Shown here: piece by piece, positions 49,393 to 63,282 of the stretch
Position numbering within the stretch: the first letter of the stretch is position 1
How the letters are laid out: every line of letters begins with the position of its first letter
Assembly: GCF_964194155.1 (NCBI RefSeq)
Contig: NC_135888.1
Location: 90,334,001 to 90,398,000, forward strand
Length of the DNA: 64,000 bases
DNA from: Cetorhinus maximus
Taxonomy: Eukaryota
Direction: 5' to 3'
Translations under genes and position numbers: made by a program
The notes under the pieces: generated by a model
Databases searched by the model: none
What the model was told of the DNA's origin: nothing
Seen by the model: the letters and a program-made list of their open reading frames with translations, nothing else

Positions 49393-51014
49393 AAAAATGT
49401 GTCCTGCACTCCAAAGTCTATGTCAATAATGTATAACAAAAAGAGCAGTCTTGGTACTAGACCATGGAGAACTCCTTTCATTCAGAAATAACAGCCATTC
49501 ACCATGATTCTTTGCTTTGTATCCTTTAGCCGGTTTTTATATCCATGTTGTTACTGTCTCAGAGATCCCTGGGTTTCAGTTTTGCTAACAAGCCTATTTA
49601 TCAAACAACTCCTGAAAGTCAATTTACACAATGTCAATGGCACTGCCTTCATCCACCCTTTGTGTAATCTCATCAAAAAGCTCAATCATATTAGTCAAAC
49701 ATGATTTTCCCCTTAACATATCCATGCTGACTCCTTTATTAGCACAGGCTTGCCTAAGTGGCTTTTAGCTTTCTCCTGTTTTAGTGTTTATTGAAGACTC
49801 CCCACCAGATATTTATCTGTCTGGCTTGTACTTGCCAGGTTTATCCTTTGCCTCATTTAGGAACAACAGTGTTACATTGCAATCCTTCCATCCTTTGGCA
49901 CCACTCCTGTATCTAAAGAGGATTGGAAGAATGCAGCCAGCACTTCTGCAATTTCTACCCTTACTTCCCTCAGCAACCTTGGATGCATCCCATCTGGATG
50001 GAATGGTTTATCCGCTTAAGTACTGCCAGCATTCCTAATACCCCATCTTTTTCTATTTTTATCTCATTCAGTTTCCCAGCAACCTTTTCATTTACCATAG
50101 CTTTGGAAAAGTCCTCTTCCTATAAACGCTGATATAAAATACTTATTAGTATCTTAGCCATGCCTTCTCTCCACCAATAGAGCTCTACTTTGATTCCTAA
50201 TTGCCCCACCACTTCTTTGACAACTCTTTTACTGTTAATATGCTTATAGTGGACTTTTGATTTCCTTTTATGTCAGTCACAACCAATTGTCCTACTGTTC
50301 CTTTCCCTCTCTTATTTCTTTTTCCATTTGTCCTTCGCACTTTTTACATTCAGCCTGATTCTCCCTCGTATTATCAAACTGACACCTGTCACAATCCTCT
50401 TTCTCAGCTTCATCCTACTGTCAAAATTTTTCATCACCTAGGGGGCTTTGGTTGCCTTTATTTTCTCCACTATAGGAATGTACATCAAATGTATCCAGAC
50501 TATTTTCACTTTAGAGGTTGTCCATTGTTCTATTACATTTCTACATGCCAGTGATAGCTTCCTCCTCAATTTGTTGCAATTAGCAATTATTTTTCTAGTT
50601 ATTTTTATTTTAAATTGCTCCTTGACCTTCTCCATAACTAACAATCTTATGATACGATAATCACAATTCTTGAGATGCTCCTTGCTTGTGACATTTTCCA
50701 CTTGACTCATTTCATTCCCCAGGACCGGATCAACAATGCTTCAATCCTAGTTGGACAGAAAACATTCTGATGAAGGAAATTTTCCTGAATGCACTTCAGA
50801 AATTCTTTCTCTTCTCTGCCCTGAACATTACCACTGCTCCATTATTGGAATAGTTAAAGCCTCCCATTATCATTACTCTATAGTTCTTTCAGCTCTCAGT
50901 GATTCCTTTACAAATCTGCTCCTCTAGCCCCTTCCCAGTATGTGGTATTCTCTAAAATACATCAACTAATGTAGTAGCTCCTTTATGTTTCTTAACTCCA
51001 GTCATGTATTTTCT

Positions 51015-51340
51015 GTCTTTTTTTTATTCTTTCACAGGATGTGGGCGTCTCTGGCTAGGTCAACATTTTTATTACCCAGCCCCAATTGCCCTTGAGAAGG
51101 TGGTGGTGAGCTGCCTTCTTGAACTGCTGTAGTCCATGTGGTATAGGTGCACCCACAGTGCTGATAGGGAGGGAGTTCTAGGATTTTGACCAAGTGACAA
51201 TGAAGGAACAGCGATATTTTTCCAAGTCAGAATGGTGTATGGCTTGGAGGGGAACTTACATGGTGTTCCCATGCATCTGCTGCCATTGCCCTTCTAGGTG
51301 ATAGAGATCACGGGTTTATAAGGTACTGTCTAAGCAGTGT
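51015..51340 (-). mobile_element. 3' end of a CR1/L2-group LINE (family of 30440-31980)
   Basis: Reverse complement matches 31810-31975 (GCAGCAGATGCATGGGAACACC...TGGAACTCCC) plus a poly-A-like tail. Confidence 0.85.
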
Positions 51341-52984
51341 TTAACCCTCAAAGACATTCTCTTTCTAGCATTAATATTTTTCCTAATCAAAGCTGCTACT
51401 GCTCCTCCTTTTTCCCTTCCCTATCTTTACTGAATACCTTGCACCCAGGAATATTAAGTTTCCAATCACCCCCTTTTTGAACCAGGACTCCTGAATTGCA
51501 ACAATATTCCCACTTGGCTATTTGTGTTTCCAGCTCAACAATATTATTGGCCACACAATGCGTGCACCCAAAACCTAACTTAGACCTCTTTGTCTTTCTT
51601 ATGTTCCCACCTAACTCTGTATTACTTCTAACCCTAACTTCCTTTCTCAGTCCTCTCTGCACCTTGCTTCCACTTGTTAAATACTGCATCCAAACTTCTG
51701 CTGAATTAGTTTAGACCCTCCACTCATCAATATCTAAAACAAAACAATTGCAGGAAGAAATTTTTAGATTGTGCCAGCATTTGTAATACATTTTTAAGCT
51801 TAGTTGATGGGCTCGACCAAGATTTTTAGGCATGTATGAAAGGACAGCATGATGACAAGATCAACAATGGGATAACAGCACCATGTTAGAGATCAAATTT
51901 GTCATTATAGTTTATTTTTCAAATCTCTTTTTTATATGTAGAAATTCCCAAGATTCTGCAGCTTAAAGTTGACATAGAACCCAATGTTGCTTTGTTGTGA
52001 CAAGAGATTTCCAAATAAACAGAGCTTGCCAAGATGTCTCTAAAGGAACATTTATTTACCAGAATGTTCAATATTAATGTGAAAGTGATAATTTATGACT
52101 TAGGAAACAGCGTTGTGAATATGTAGTTCATAGTTCATGTGTTTTAGAATATATCTTTTAACTTAAGGAATGTAACTTTTTGGTTGGAGGTTAAATTGTT
52201 AAATTTAAGATAAGTGGGCATCCACATGAGAAACTGGTAAAACCAGTTCTGATGTAAATGCAACTCAAACAAGCTTGGGTTTATTACACTTAAAATGTAA
52301 TCTGTGGTTGCCTTGCAAGCCAAGATTGATAGTGAAAAAAAATTGAACAATGAATGATCCATCTCCAAGCTTATAATGGGTAATTACATCCAGTGCAAAG
52401 GTATATTATTCATATGGGTTGCAGAGTCAAAGAGTTGTGTTGAAAGTAAAATAATTTGTTTGCATTTCTGTTTGAAGCATCCCAATGCACGCCATGTTGC
52501 CATAATGATAGTGATTCAGGACAGACCCTTGGGTAGAAGGTTCTATTGTTTAATTTACCTATGTGTGTTTGCTGACAGAAGCAGGTGATTCTGTTTGGAC
52601 TTTCTAAGGAAAAGTAGCTGAAGGATTTGCTCTAGCTTGCAGCTATTGGAAGAAATCTACAGTGGTCCTCACAGAGCTTTGCAACTGTCTGCAGTCAACT
52701 TGAATGGTTATCTTGGAAAGTGCTATCCACAGTCATGAGATCTTTAAAGAAGATTGGAAAATTGCTTAGCCAACAGCTAATGAAGAATTCTCATGTAATT
52801 TGTGCCTTGATGAATAGCTGGAATGCTAAAGAGACTTACAGTAAAGTCTGGAGGGCTGGGGCTTTCCTTTTGGGTTGGTCCCGGGGAAGTGAATGAACCT
52901 TCAAGATTTTGTAAGATAAAGGAACACTTGGGGAGAAGTAAAAACTAGAACTGAGTTCATAGTATATGTCTTTATATGGTACTT

Positions 52985-54384
52985 GGCTGGACTTTCAACT
53001 TTGAGGCAGATGGCGGGAGTCAGGAAATTTCCCGGTTTCGCATCCCTGCCTCGGAGAAAGGGCATGCAAAGATGACACTTTCATTGCTTGGAGGGATTGG
53101 TGGGTATAGTCAACCCAATAAAAAGTTTGGAGGAAGCCACAGGTGCTGCCAGGTGCTGAGGCAGATTTTATCCCAGTTATAAGAGGCCCTCTAGCATTCA
53201 TACACTCCCAATGCCCAATCCATGCCATCTCATTCCCTGTCACCTACCCCCAATAGCTCCTCTTAACCCCATGCCAACATATGCACCCACCCACCCCCAT
53301 GGCCCCTCATATCCCTCTGCTAAACTATGGCACTTCCATGTCTATTCATCCACTGTATAGAACCAATGAATCCTATAGTAACAATAGGATATGTTAAAAA
53401 GTTAAAAAAAACTAATTCATTCATAGCTTTCCACTTTCTTAAAACAAATCCCTTTCACTACAGGCCAATAAAAGTACCAATTATCCAGACCCTTTAAAGT
53501 ATCAATAGCAGAAACAGCAAGCACTCAAAACTTCTTTATCTTATGCAAATATACATTGTGCAATTGCCAGAAGAGATCGGAGAGCCATTTCTGTCAATCA
53601 AGTAATGTTTTCCTGGGGCTCAGCTGTTTCAACTTTAAAATGGATGTCTGGGCTGTTAGCTAAGAATGCATAATATGGCTTGGATAAGAACCCAAATATT
53701 CATTATACAGTTGAAGCAGCTGAGCCCCAGGGAATATATTGCTTGTTTGATAGCTCTGGCTGTCTGATCTCTTCTGTCAATTGCACAATGTTTATTTACA
53801 TAAGGTAAAGAGGTTTGTAGTGCTTTCAGTTTCAGCTGTTGATGTTTTAAAGTGTCTGGATGATTGACATTTTAATTAGCCTGTCATGCAAGAGGTCTAT
53901 TTTAAGAAAGTAGGAAGTTAAGAATGAATTACTGTTATTCTAAAAGGTTTTTTTGTGGTATGGTATGAGGAGCCATGGTATTGGTTGGGATGCATAGCTT
54001 GAAATGGGGAGCATGAGGGACCATAAGGAGGTGGTGAGGGGGCATAGCTTGGCTTGGGAACAAGGCTAAGAGCTTTTTAACTTACCTTTTAAAAGATTCC
54101 CTCATCCAGACTATGGTTCACAACACCCCTAAGGTGAACCATTAGTCCTTTAAGCGCTGACCCAATTCCATGAAAATTGTGAGGACTAGGATATGCCTAT
54201 CCCCACAATGGAGCCGGCCTGGTTAAGAGTGTAGGGTGCAAGCTCGCACCCTGAACTAGCTCACACCTTTAAACAGCACTGTTACAATTGGAAACCCCTG
54301 GAATGGGGTTGGCTGCCCTGGGGTTTGTTTTGGATGCTATTTTCCTCCTTCCACGGTGTCTCCCGACTCCATGAAAATTTAGCC
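52985..54384. mobile_element. Non-autonomous Harbinger-like element with a long internal palindrome, probably inside an old LTR ending at 54552
   Basis: GGCTGGACTTT...AAAATTTAGCC termini; internal inverted repeat centred at ~53671. Confidence 0.65.
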
Positions 54385-57300
54385 AACAGTACACTAAGTT
54401 AGTGGTGCTTGCTTTGTTTAATTTCTCTTTGTATATACACTAAAGCATGTTTTTGTTAAAAGATGTGAAACCTCGTGGCATAGTTCTTTGGTTAATTGCT
54501 GGTCTTTGGACGACTTCTTTAAACATTAACGGTTCCTAACAAGATCGTAACAACAGTCTTCATCAGACAATGAAGAGCACTAAAGATGAGCAGCTTTAGA
54601 CTTCCTCCAGAAGTCCATAGACATTGTTTTGGGTTCACACTAATTGCAGCATAACTCTAGTACAGGCCAAAACTGGATTTTGGTAGTTTCCAGGTAGTCC
54701 ACCAGATATAATTTAATTTTTAATCCACTGAGTACTTTAATTTTGAATGTGTGTTCTCGCAGTACTATAAATGTTCCCACCTCTTAGAGCAATGAAAATT
54801 AACAGCTGATTAGATAACTTGTACACCAGAATCCAAAATCACTTTCTCAGCGTAACCTGCAACAAGCAAAGTTGCAAGTATAACTACGGTCTACCACCTT
54901 CCCATCTCACTTCATTAACTTCATTAGTTTAAGCATAGGGAAGGCACAACAACACTTAAAATCAAATAAAAATAATATCTGTAATGTGAAGAAGTTTACA
55001 TTGCAGTGAACGCATTTTTGACCTATTCTTACAGCCATTTATTACCACCTGTTACATGAAGTATGTTAAACTTGGCCCAATGCTAAAACGTAGTGATTGT
55101 TGTACTAGAAATGAAAATGATTGATCATGCCAGCACAAAGCTATATTTAAATTTGTTAGTGTAATGCAATTTGATTATAACTGTTGATTTGGGTAGCATA
55201 TTTTGTTGCATCTGTTGATCACTACATGTGGATCAATGCAGTAGTTTCTTTACCCATCACTCAAGCAGAAGCTGTATAAGTTGTACTGTGCTATATACTT
55301 TATGAAAAACACATTCAACTGATATAAAAGCATTCATTTAAATTGGGATGTTATGTCCATATAAGTATGTGTTCTCAACAATCACATTTGCATTTGTGGT
55401 CTTTGTTTTTACTGAACAACCTGTCATTCCTGATTTTATTCTTGCTCCTTAGCATGTTAAGACAGTGATGGCTGTAGGATTTTAAAGTGCTTTGTTAGAA
55501 CCTTCCAGCTAGCTCTTGCATTACGTCAATGCCATGCAAAAATTCAACCTTGTTTCACGGAGGAAGCACTGCACAAATCTTAATTTGGAAAGGAACTCTG
55601 CAAAATGTTCTGCCCAGGAAAAAAATTCAACACTCCATACAAATTAGAAATCCAATATAAATCCAAAGACATGTCTAACCATTTCTATTTGACATCAGCT
55701 GTAAAATTCTTTACCTCCAGCCATGCTCAGGTGAACAAGGTACATTATATTTTGTGCTTGTGAAATATCATAGAATTCATTTGAATCTGATTCTTGCACT
55801 GAAAACCCACTAATTATTGTTTTTTAAAAAGTGCAAACATAGTCATATGAATAGGAAATGGAAATAGGAAGATAAGCTTTAATCAGTGGGGTTGAATGAT
55901 CAATACGGTGGTCATCCATAAAACCAAATACCCTTGTATTTACTTAATGATTAGACATTTCACTAGAGTTTGCGTTGCCAGGAATAATTGACACTTTGCA
56001 ATTTGCCATGGCTGCAGCATTAATGCTGATACTGTAATGAAATTACTTCATCCATTTTGGCAGTTTTACAGATGGCAAGAAACAAACTGCAAGTGTAAAG
56101 GTTATTCTACCCCCAGCATGATGTTTTGTCTCTTTAAGAATGCATTTCCCATTAGTTGCAACTGGGGAACTGTTGTTCTATTAATTGGACCCAGTAATAG
56201 CCTTAAACTTATAAAATAAACTGCTAGAGTATGGTCAAGTGATTTTCCAACTTCATTTTTACTGTATTTAGATATAACGAGTGGACAGGTGGACTAAATT
56301 CAGAAACAAATGAAGTGATTTTTTTTGTACAGCTAATTGAAGTGTAGCAGTGTGAACCAAAAAATTAAAACTCCACCCATTATGTTGTGTTTTAGATCAT
56401 GTTTGTTACAAACAAAGGCTGATGATGACAACCTCATAAAATGCTCTAGTGTCCATTGTATAGATTCCTGTACAGTTAGATTTGTTACTGTTTTCAAAAC
56501 TAAAATCCAAGGACCATTGATCCTTTCATAAATGCTGGAATCTTTGACAATTTTGGGGTGTGGGGAAGTTACCTCATTTACATAACATAGGTGTATGCCC
56601 ATATCACTGAGGACATCTTAGTTAGCCATCATGGTGGAGATGCTGGGCAACTGGGTGGCAAATGCTTGTTGGGTCTGCAGGAATTCCAGGGCCAAATGCA
56701 TTCCCTTCAACCTCTCTCCCAGGAAAGAAAGACAGATTGTTCCATTGGCTTTCTTTGTTCGGGAGCCAATATGTTCTCAAAAATGTCTTCTACCTTCAAG
56801 GGTCAAGGCTACAGTCTAGGGTTAGAAGTATAAGGTAGCCCCACTGCAGCAGCCATATCCAGGCACGAATCTAAGTTACAGCCCATGAATTTTCAGCATT
56901 ACTTAAAATAAGCAGTCAGTTTAGTTCTTTCAGTTGCAATTTATGTTTTTATTTAGCCCACTCAATTAGTTAGATGGAAAGATGTCTACTCTAAATATGT
57001 AACTATGCTATATTTTGTAACATGTTTATCTCTTATAAGGTCAATTTATTACTTAACCTTTAGCTTGAAACAAAGCTGATATGAGGCTCCACTTCATTCA
57101 AAGAATATAGCAAGACATTTTGAAGGTAGAAGGATAAGTCAGGGTTTGCTACATGCAAATACTAGGCAGGATTTGTTGTTTGTTTCCCAGCCATGTTACC
57201 AGAAATATATTTAGATCTCATGGGAAGGATGGAGGCTCTCAATGTCTTGGGGAATTGAAATTCACCATAAGGCTAATTTAAGATATAAAAGCTGAAGTAG

Positions 57301-57829
57301 TCTGAGGCAAGAAGGTTGGAAATAATCCAGAAATATAACAATTTTGTTTTGGTAACTGTATTGCAATACTAATTAAAACAAGGAATGACAAACATGTACA
57401 ACTCTCTGTTACGAAAGAATGCAAAGGAAAAGAATTGATCTGATTATTGATTATTCACTGAAAGTGTTTCAATCCAGTTCAAACCATTATCAACAAAGTT
57501 AATCTCATTTGAGGGTATTTCAGAAGGCAATTGACTGTAAGGTTAAATGTGTAATCCTAAACATGTATAAAATCACCATGGAACAGTATGTGAAAGTTAG
57601 TGTACTTGCAGAAGAATTTCTGTTGGGGCGGTTCCGGGCAAGTGAATTAAAGCACTGTGAAGCTCTAAAACCTTAGAATCTAGGTTCTTTCAATATTAGC
57701 AAATAAAACATTGGTACAAAATTTCTCCAGACACGTTAATCTATTGAAATTAATGGTTTGCTGTTTCTATTACGATATCAGACAAAGACATTTTATTGTT
57801 CATATGCTAATATTGGAAGAACCTTTTTC

Positions 57830-58700
57830 CAAGCCATATGTTGCAAGGGGATCTTCTGACGGGGTTATTTTGGCTAAAGGGTGAAAAATGATTCTAAATG
57901 GATATAGTGCTAATAAGAACAACCTGTTTGAAAATCTGGTTTATCGCACAACTTTGGTCCTAATTGCTGATAACAATAATTTGCATTTGCCCCGAGGTAC
58001 TAAACAGACACCTGCAGGTTTAGCACTCACCTGCTCATTAGACACAAATGTCAGGGAGCAATTTATGTGGACTCCTTGCAGCACTTTCATTACATGTGGA
58101 GTGAGCTGGCTGGCACTGTGGCACAGGGACAGGGGAAGAAGGCACTCATTCTCAGGTGGAGCACTGATGCACTAATAATGGAGGTTAAAAGGAGGAAAGA
58201 TGGAATGACGCCACCTATCTCTCCTCACTTCCCTGGGTCCCTCTCTCCTGTAGTAGTTGGTGTTACTTTAGCTAGACTCATGCCCTCCTCCCATTCCTCA
58301 GCCAGACTAAGAAGTCACATGGAATGATGCCTGTGACTAAGCACACTCTTTCTCCTTTTGGTTCTTATGAGATATCCAATAAAATGAAGTAGCAGATTAT
58401 TTACAATTTTTAGGTAAAGTTCTCAGATAATTTCTGGTATAAATGTTACTCAAGCGTTTGTGCAATCTTGACAAAGTGTCCCAGAAGTGTCCCAATTTAT
58501 TTCAGAGATCCACTTCACAGCTCCAGCAACAATGACCATACAATAATGAGTGTTCCTTTAAGTGGTGAGTATCCGTTTAAGTAAAGCTTGAAATCAGCAT
58601 CAACATTGTGTTTAATCCCAAACAGCTGGTAACTGTTAGGAGAAGGCATTAGTTGAACTGCTAGCCACTAAAATGCTGTGCAAACTCTTTAATTAGAGCT
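57830..58700 (+). mobile_element. Very old Harbinger remnant with a Myb/SANT-like N-terminus
   Basis: AQGQGKKA..FSGGAL.ALIMEVKRRKD across a frameshift resembles the start of the Myb/SANT-like domain. Confidence 0.4.
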
Positions 58701-59425
58701 AACAGATATTTTAAGTAGTTGTAATAAACTTGAAATGCAGGGCTGGTTTCTTGTAAGAAACAGTAAACTTTATTTACAGATTCCTGGTAGAGCTACATGC
58801 TTGTTCCAGGATCAAGGCTAAAAAGCTCCAGCCTTAAGATTCCCAGTGCTTAGGGCTGATTCATCTGTACAGTCACATTATCCCCATAACAGTAAGAATA
58901 GGTTTAATTTACAATTACTACATTCTTCCCCCTTTAACTTTGTTTTACCCTCTTATTTACAAAAATATCTTAACCCATATTGTATACAGTTCATGCAGTT
59001 ATAAATTTAGTCTTTGAGGAGATTTTCGAATTTGGTAGAGTGATGCAACTCTACAACTGGAGGTTCTTTCATTGGATAGACTTGATCAGGAACTGCAACA
59101 TCAGGGACATCCTTAGACAATGGCAGTTCTAAATTACTTGCTTCAACAGAGACATCAGGTATGTCTATTCTTTGTCAATCTAGCACTTCAGGGGTCAAAG
59201 GTTGAACTTTGATTTCAGGTGGATTAACTGGCTATTGGAGGGTTTCTTGACTTCTGAGATGATATAAGTGTTTCCTAACGATCCTGTTTTCCACTTCTAC
59301 CTGATAAGATAAAGGTCCTTGTTTCAGAGACAATTGTACCAGGAACCCATCTCAGTCAAGTTGCAAAATTTTGTACAAAAACTGTCTCTCCCACAGTATA
59401 CTCATCTCTTGCACAGTAAACTCAT

Positions 59426-60706
59426 GAGTCATAGAGTCATAGAGGTCTACAGCACAGAAAAAGGCCCTTCAGCCCATCAAGTCTGCGCTGGTCGAACAAG
59501 TACCTAACTATTCTAATCCCATTTTCCAGCACTAGGCCCATAGCGTTGTATGTCACGGCATCGCAAGTGCACATCCAAATACTTCTTAAATGTTATGAGG
59601 GTTTCTGCCCCTGCCACCCTTTCAGGCAGTGAGTTCCAGATTCCCACCATCCTCTGGGTGAAAAAATTCTTCCTCACAGCCCGTCTAAACATCCTGCCCC
59701 TTACCTTAAATCTATGCCCCCTGGTTATTGATCCCTCCACCAAGGGGAAAAATTCCTTCCTGTCTAACCTATCTATGCCCCTCATAATTTTATACACCTC
59801 AATCATCCCCCTCCCCCCCAATCTCCTCTGCTCCAGGGAAAATAACCCTAGTCTATCAAACCTCTCCTCATCATTTAAACTCTCCAGCCCAGGCAACATC
59901 CTGGTAAATCTCCTCTGCACTCTCTCTAATGCAGTCACATCCTTCCTATAATGCAGATTCCAGAACTGCACACAATAGTCTAGCTGTGGCCTAACCAGCA
60001 TTTTATACTGTTCCAACATAATCTCCCTGCTCTTATGTTCTATGCCTCGGCTAATAAAGGCAAGTATCCCATAAGCCTTCTTAACCACCTTATCCACCTG
60101 TCCTGCTACCTTAAAGGACCAGTGGACATGCACACCAAGGTCCCTCTATTCCTCGGTACTTCCCAGGGTCCTACCATTCATTGTGTATTCCCGTGCCTTG
60201 TTTGTCCTGGCCAAGTGCATCACCTCACACTTATCCAGATTAAATTCCATTTACCACTGATCAGCTCATCTGACCAGCCCATCTATATCCTTCTGTAATC
60301 TAAGGCTATCCTCCTCATTATTTACCACCCCTCCTACATTCAAGTCTAAATCGTTTATATATACCACAAACAGCAAGAGATCCAACACCGATCCCTGTGG
60401 AACCCCACTGGACATGGGCATCCAGTCACAAAACACCCCTCGACCATCACCCTCTGCTTCCTGCCACTCAGCCAATTCTGGATCCAATTTGCCAAATTGC
60501 CTTGGAGCCCATGGGCTCTTACCTTCATTATCAGTCTCCCATGTGGGACCTTATCAAAAGCCTTGCTGAAGTCCAAGTAGACTACGTCAAATGCATTGCC
60601 CTCACCTACACACCTGGTCACCTCTTCAAAAAATTCAATCAAATTGGTCAGACATGACCTCCCCTTAACAAAACTATGCTGACTGTCCTTGATTAACCCC
60701 TGCCTT
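59426..60706 (-). mobile_element. CR1 LINE 3' part nested in the Gypsy integrase
   Basis: DFSKAFDKVPH, GVPQGSVL, RPQLDYCVQFW, FFTQRMVGIWNSLP; (CTATGACT)n tail. Confidence 0.95.
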
Positions 60707-61044
60707 TAATGAGCTTTAATGTGAATGTCATGATTCACTTTCTGACTACCCTGGTTTCTTTCCACATTCCCCTCTAAAATATGGAATATTAGACTCAATC
60801 TTATACGAAATCAGCGCTTTATTAACAATTCAGAAGGTGTTGAACCAGTGGTCGCATGAGGAGCTGTGCAGTAGCTGAACAGAAACCTTGAAATTTATGT
60901 TTCTAACATTCCCTCTGATAGTTTCTTCATGCCTATTTTAAAGGTTTGTACTGCTCTTTCTGCTAACCTATTGGAGGGGGGGATGATACTGTGCTGTTCT
61001 TAGGTGTTTAATCCAATTTAGGTTCATGAATCTTTTGAATTCAG

Positions 61045-62387
61045 TGTTAGGAAATAGAAACCGCTTAAGTAAAAGTTATATTGGTATTTAAGGGTGTCAG
61101 TTGTAAAGTTTAAGTTTGATTTGTATTTCTGTATCTGTGTGTTAAGAAAGGTCAAATGGAGTTTTAGTTTCACTTCAAAAAGGTGCTTACATTTCTAATG
61201 AGTTTGACAACTCCGAAAGAAAAGATAAACAAACAAGGATGGGAGAATTGGGCTGTTGCCTAGCAACAGGGTCCAGAGAGGCAGGTCGCTCCCACAGACA
61301 CAGAAACAGAAGAAGAGAAACAGCAGTTTGTTTTGGCTTAAAAGACAGCTGCTAAACAGAAGCCATCTAGAAGGGATAGATAGTCAACTCCAAGCTAATG
61401 TTGGTTTTGAAAGCAGCTGCCAGGAGAGACTGGAGCAAAGGGGATAGATAGCCAATCACAAATTAGAAAAAAAAAACAAAAATCCAGAGGAGCGTAACAG
61501 GGAAAATCCAAGAAGACCATTGAGTCAAAGGGAGGACAGGAACTTGGAAAAGGTCCTGTTAAGTGAGGTTAAGACTGAGGGGCAGAGAGAAAGGCTCCAA
61601 CCTTCAGATTTAAAGAGACAAAAGTTGCAGAAAGCAGATTTAAAACAAGAATAGCTTGCAAGAGGCAAGAAGGTTCATAGAGACAGCTGAAGGTCTGTAA
61701 CTCTTTGCTACGAGCATGTGAAGTAGTGGTGTACTGTTGACAGCTGAGTCGGTGTGAGAGAGTGCGCAGAGGAAAGCTTGAATGCATGTGGTGACCCAGG
61801 GAAGAGGAACATCGGAAGGAGAGTTTGAAACCCTGGAGGTGAACCCTTACGGAAAGTGTCTGAGAGAAAGCATCAGTTTGGGAGAAGATTCCAAAGCGAG
61901 TTCTTGGAGAGTAGAGACTGGAAACCCTCGAGTGAAAGATCGAGTTCAGTGAGACTGGTTAGCTCACGGTGTGACAAGCGTCTGGGGGAGAGTTGAGGAG
62001 AGATCCATAGCATCTGGTTGAGGTGGCATCTGTCACTTGGTTTCAGAGTGTGATGTGTCTGACCGCAGGGTGCCTATTGGTACATGGACTGTGTACTTAC
62101 TGTGGACATTATTGTATAAGATAGCTTTTGTAACTTGTGTTATCCTTACAAATCTGTTTATATTTGTAAAGGTATAGTTGTGGGTGAAGCAGTATTGTAA
62201 TATAGTTCATCTTATCTTGTTGAATAAAAGTTTTATTCTTTGGTTAAAAGTTCATTAGTTGACTCTTGTGTCTCTGCTCAGTAGCCCTTCTCCACGTATC
62301 TAAACAAATAAAAGTTAGGATTTATCAAGCTGGGTTCCACTCTGGGATCAGGCTTGTCCAGGGGTAACCTCAGCTGGGATCATAACA
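61045..62387 (+). mobile_element. Solo LTR nested in the Gypsy integrase core
   Basis: TGTTAGGAAA...GGGATCATAACA, 4-bp TSD TCAG/TTAG; removal restores FTSTEFKRF; AATAAA at ~62223. Confidence 0.92.
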
Positions 62388-62889
62388 TTAGTACTAGTGA
62401 AAATAGTGCCATTATCTGACAAAATAACTTCAGGTAAACCATGAACACTGAAACTCTTTCGCAGTTATTCAATGGTTGCAGACAATGTAGGTGATTTCAT
62501 TTCAAACACATTCACTCATCCATTTGGAATGTGCGTCGATAATCACAGGAATTATGGTATCCAGAAATGGACCTACATAGTCGATATGTAGACTAACCCA
62601 GGGTGGACCAGGCCACTCCCATGGATGTAGTGGAGCTGAAACAGGTAATTTCTGCTGTTGCTGGCACTGGAGACAGTGTTTCACCATTTTTTCTATATCA
62701 CTGTCTATACCTGGCCACCAGATATAACTTTGGGTGAGCATCTTCATTTTTGAAATACCAGGATGCTCAATATGAAGTTCTTCTAATAATGGTTCTCTTC
62801 CTTGCACAGGGATAACAACTCTTGCTCCCCATAACAAGACACCATCTTGACAACTCAGTTCAGATCTACATACAAAGATTGTTTTAATT

Positions 62890-63282
62890 TTTTTTTAATT
62901 CGTTCATGGGAAGTGAGTGTAACCAGCTGGGCCAGCATTTATTACCCAGCCCTAATTGCCCTTGAGAACTGAATGGCTAGCTAGGCCATTTCAGAGGGCA
63001 TTTAAGAATCAACCACATTATTGTGGATCTGAAGTCACGTGTAGGCCAGACCAGGTAAGGATGGCGGATTTCTTTCCCTAAAGGGCATTAGTAAACCAGA
63101 TGGGCTTTTACAGCAATTGACAATGGTTTCATGGTCATCATTAGACTTTTAGTTCCAGATTTTTCATTGAATTTGAATTTCACCATCTGCCATGGTAGGA
63201 TTCTAACCCAGGTCCCCAGAGAATTACCCTGGGTTTCTGGAATACTAGTCCAGTGATAACACCACTACGCCACCGCCTCCCC
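62890..63282 (-). mobile_element. tRNA-derived SINE (MetaSINE-like central domain)
   Basis: A box GGTGGCGTAGTGG, B box GGTTAGAATCC; central TTTAGGGAAAGAAATCCGCCATCCTTACCTGGTCTGGCCTAC; 3' tail shared with the LINE end at 51015-51100; A-tail. Confidence 0.88.

Larger units (their letters stand above)
47630..51710 (-). mobile_element. Old, heavily decayed CR1 LINE (with inserts at ~48536-49392 and 51015-51340)
   Basis: FKRELDKYLK; LVEWMDTWQMEYNEEKCEVIHLGRKN; DWKLNIPGCKVFSKDREGK (EN start). Confidence 0.85.

Noticed and set aside
63190-63282. tRNA-like A/B boxes
   Set aside because: This is the head of a SINE with no cloverleaf; not a tRNA gene.
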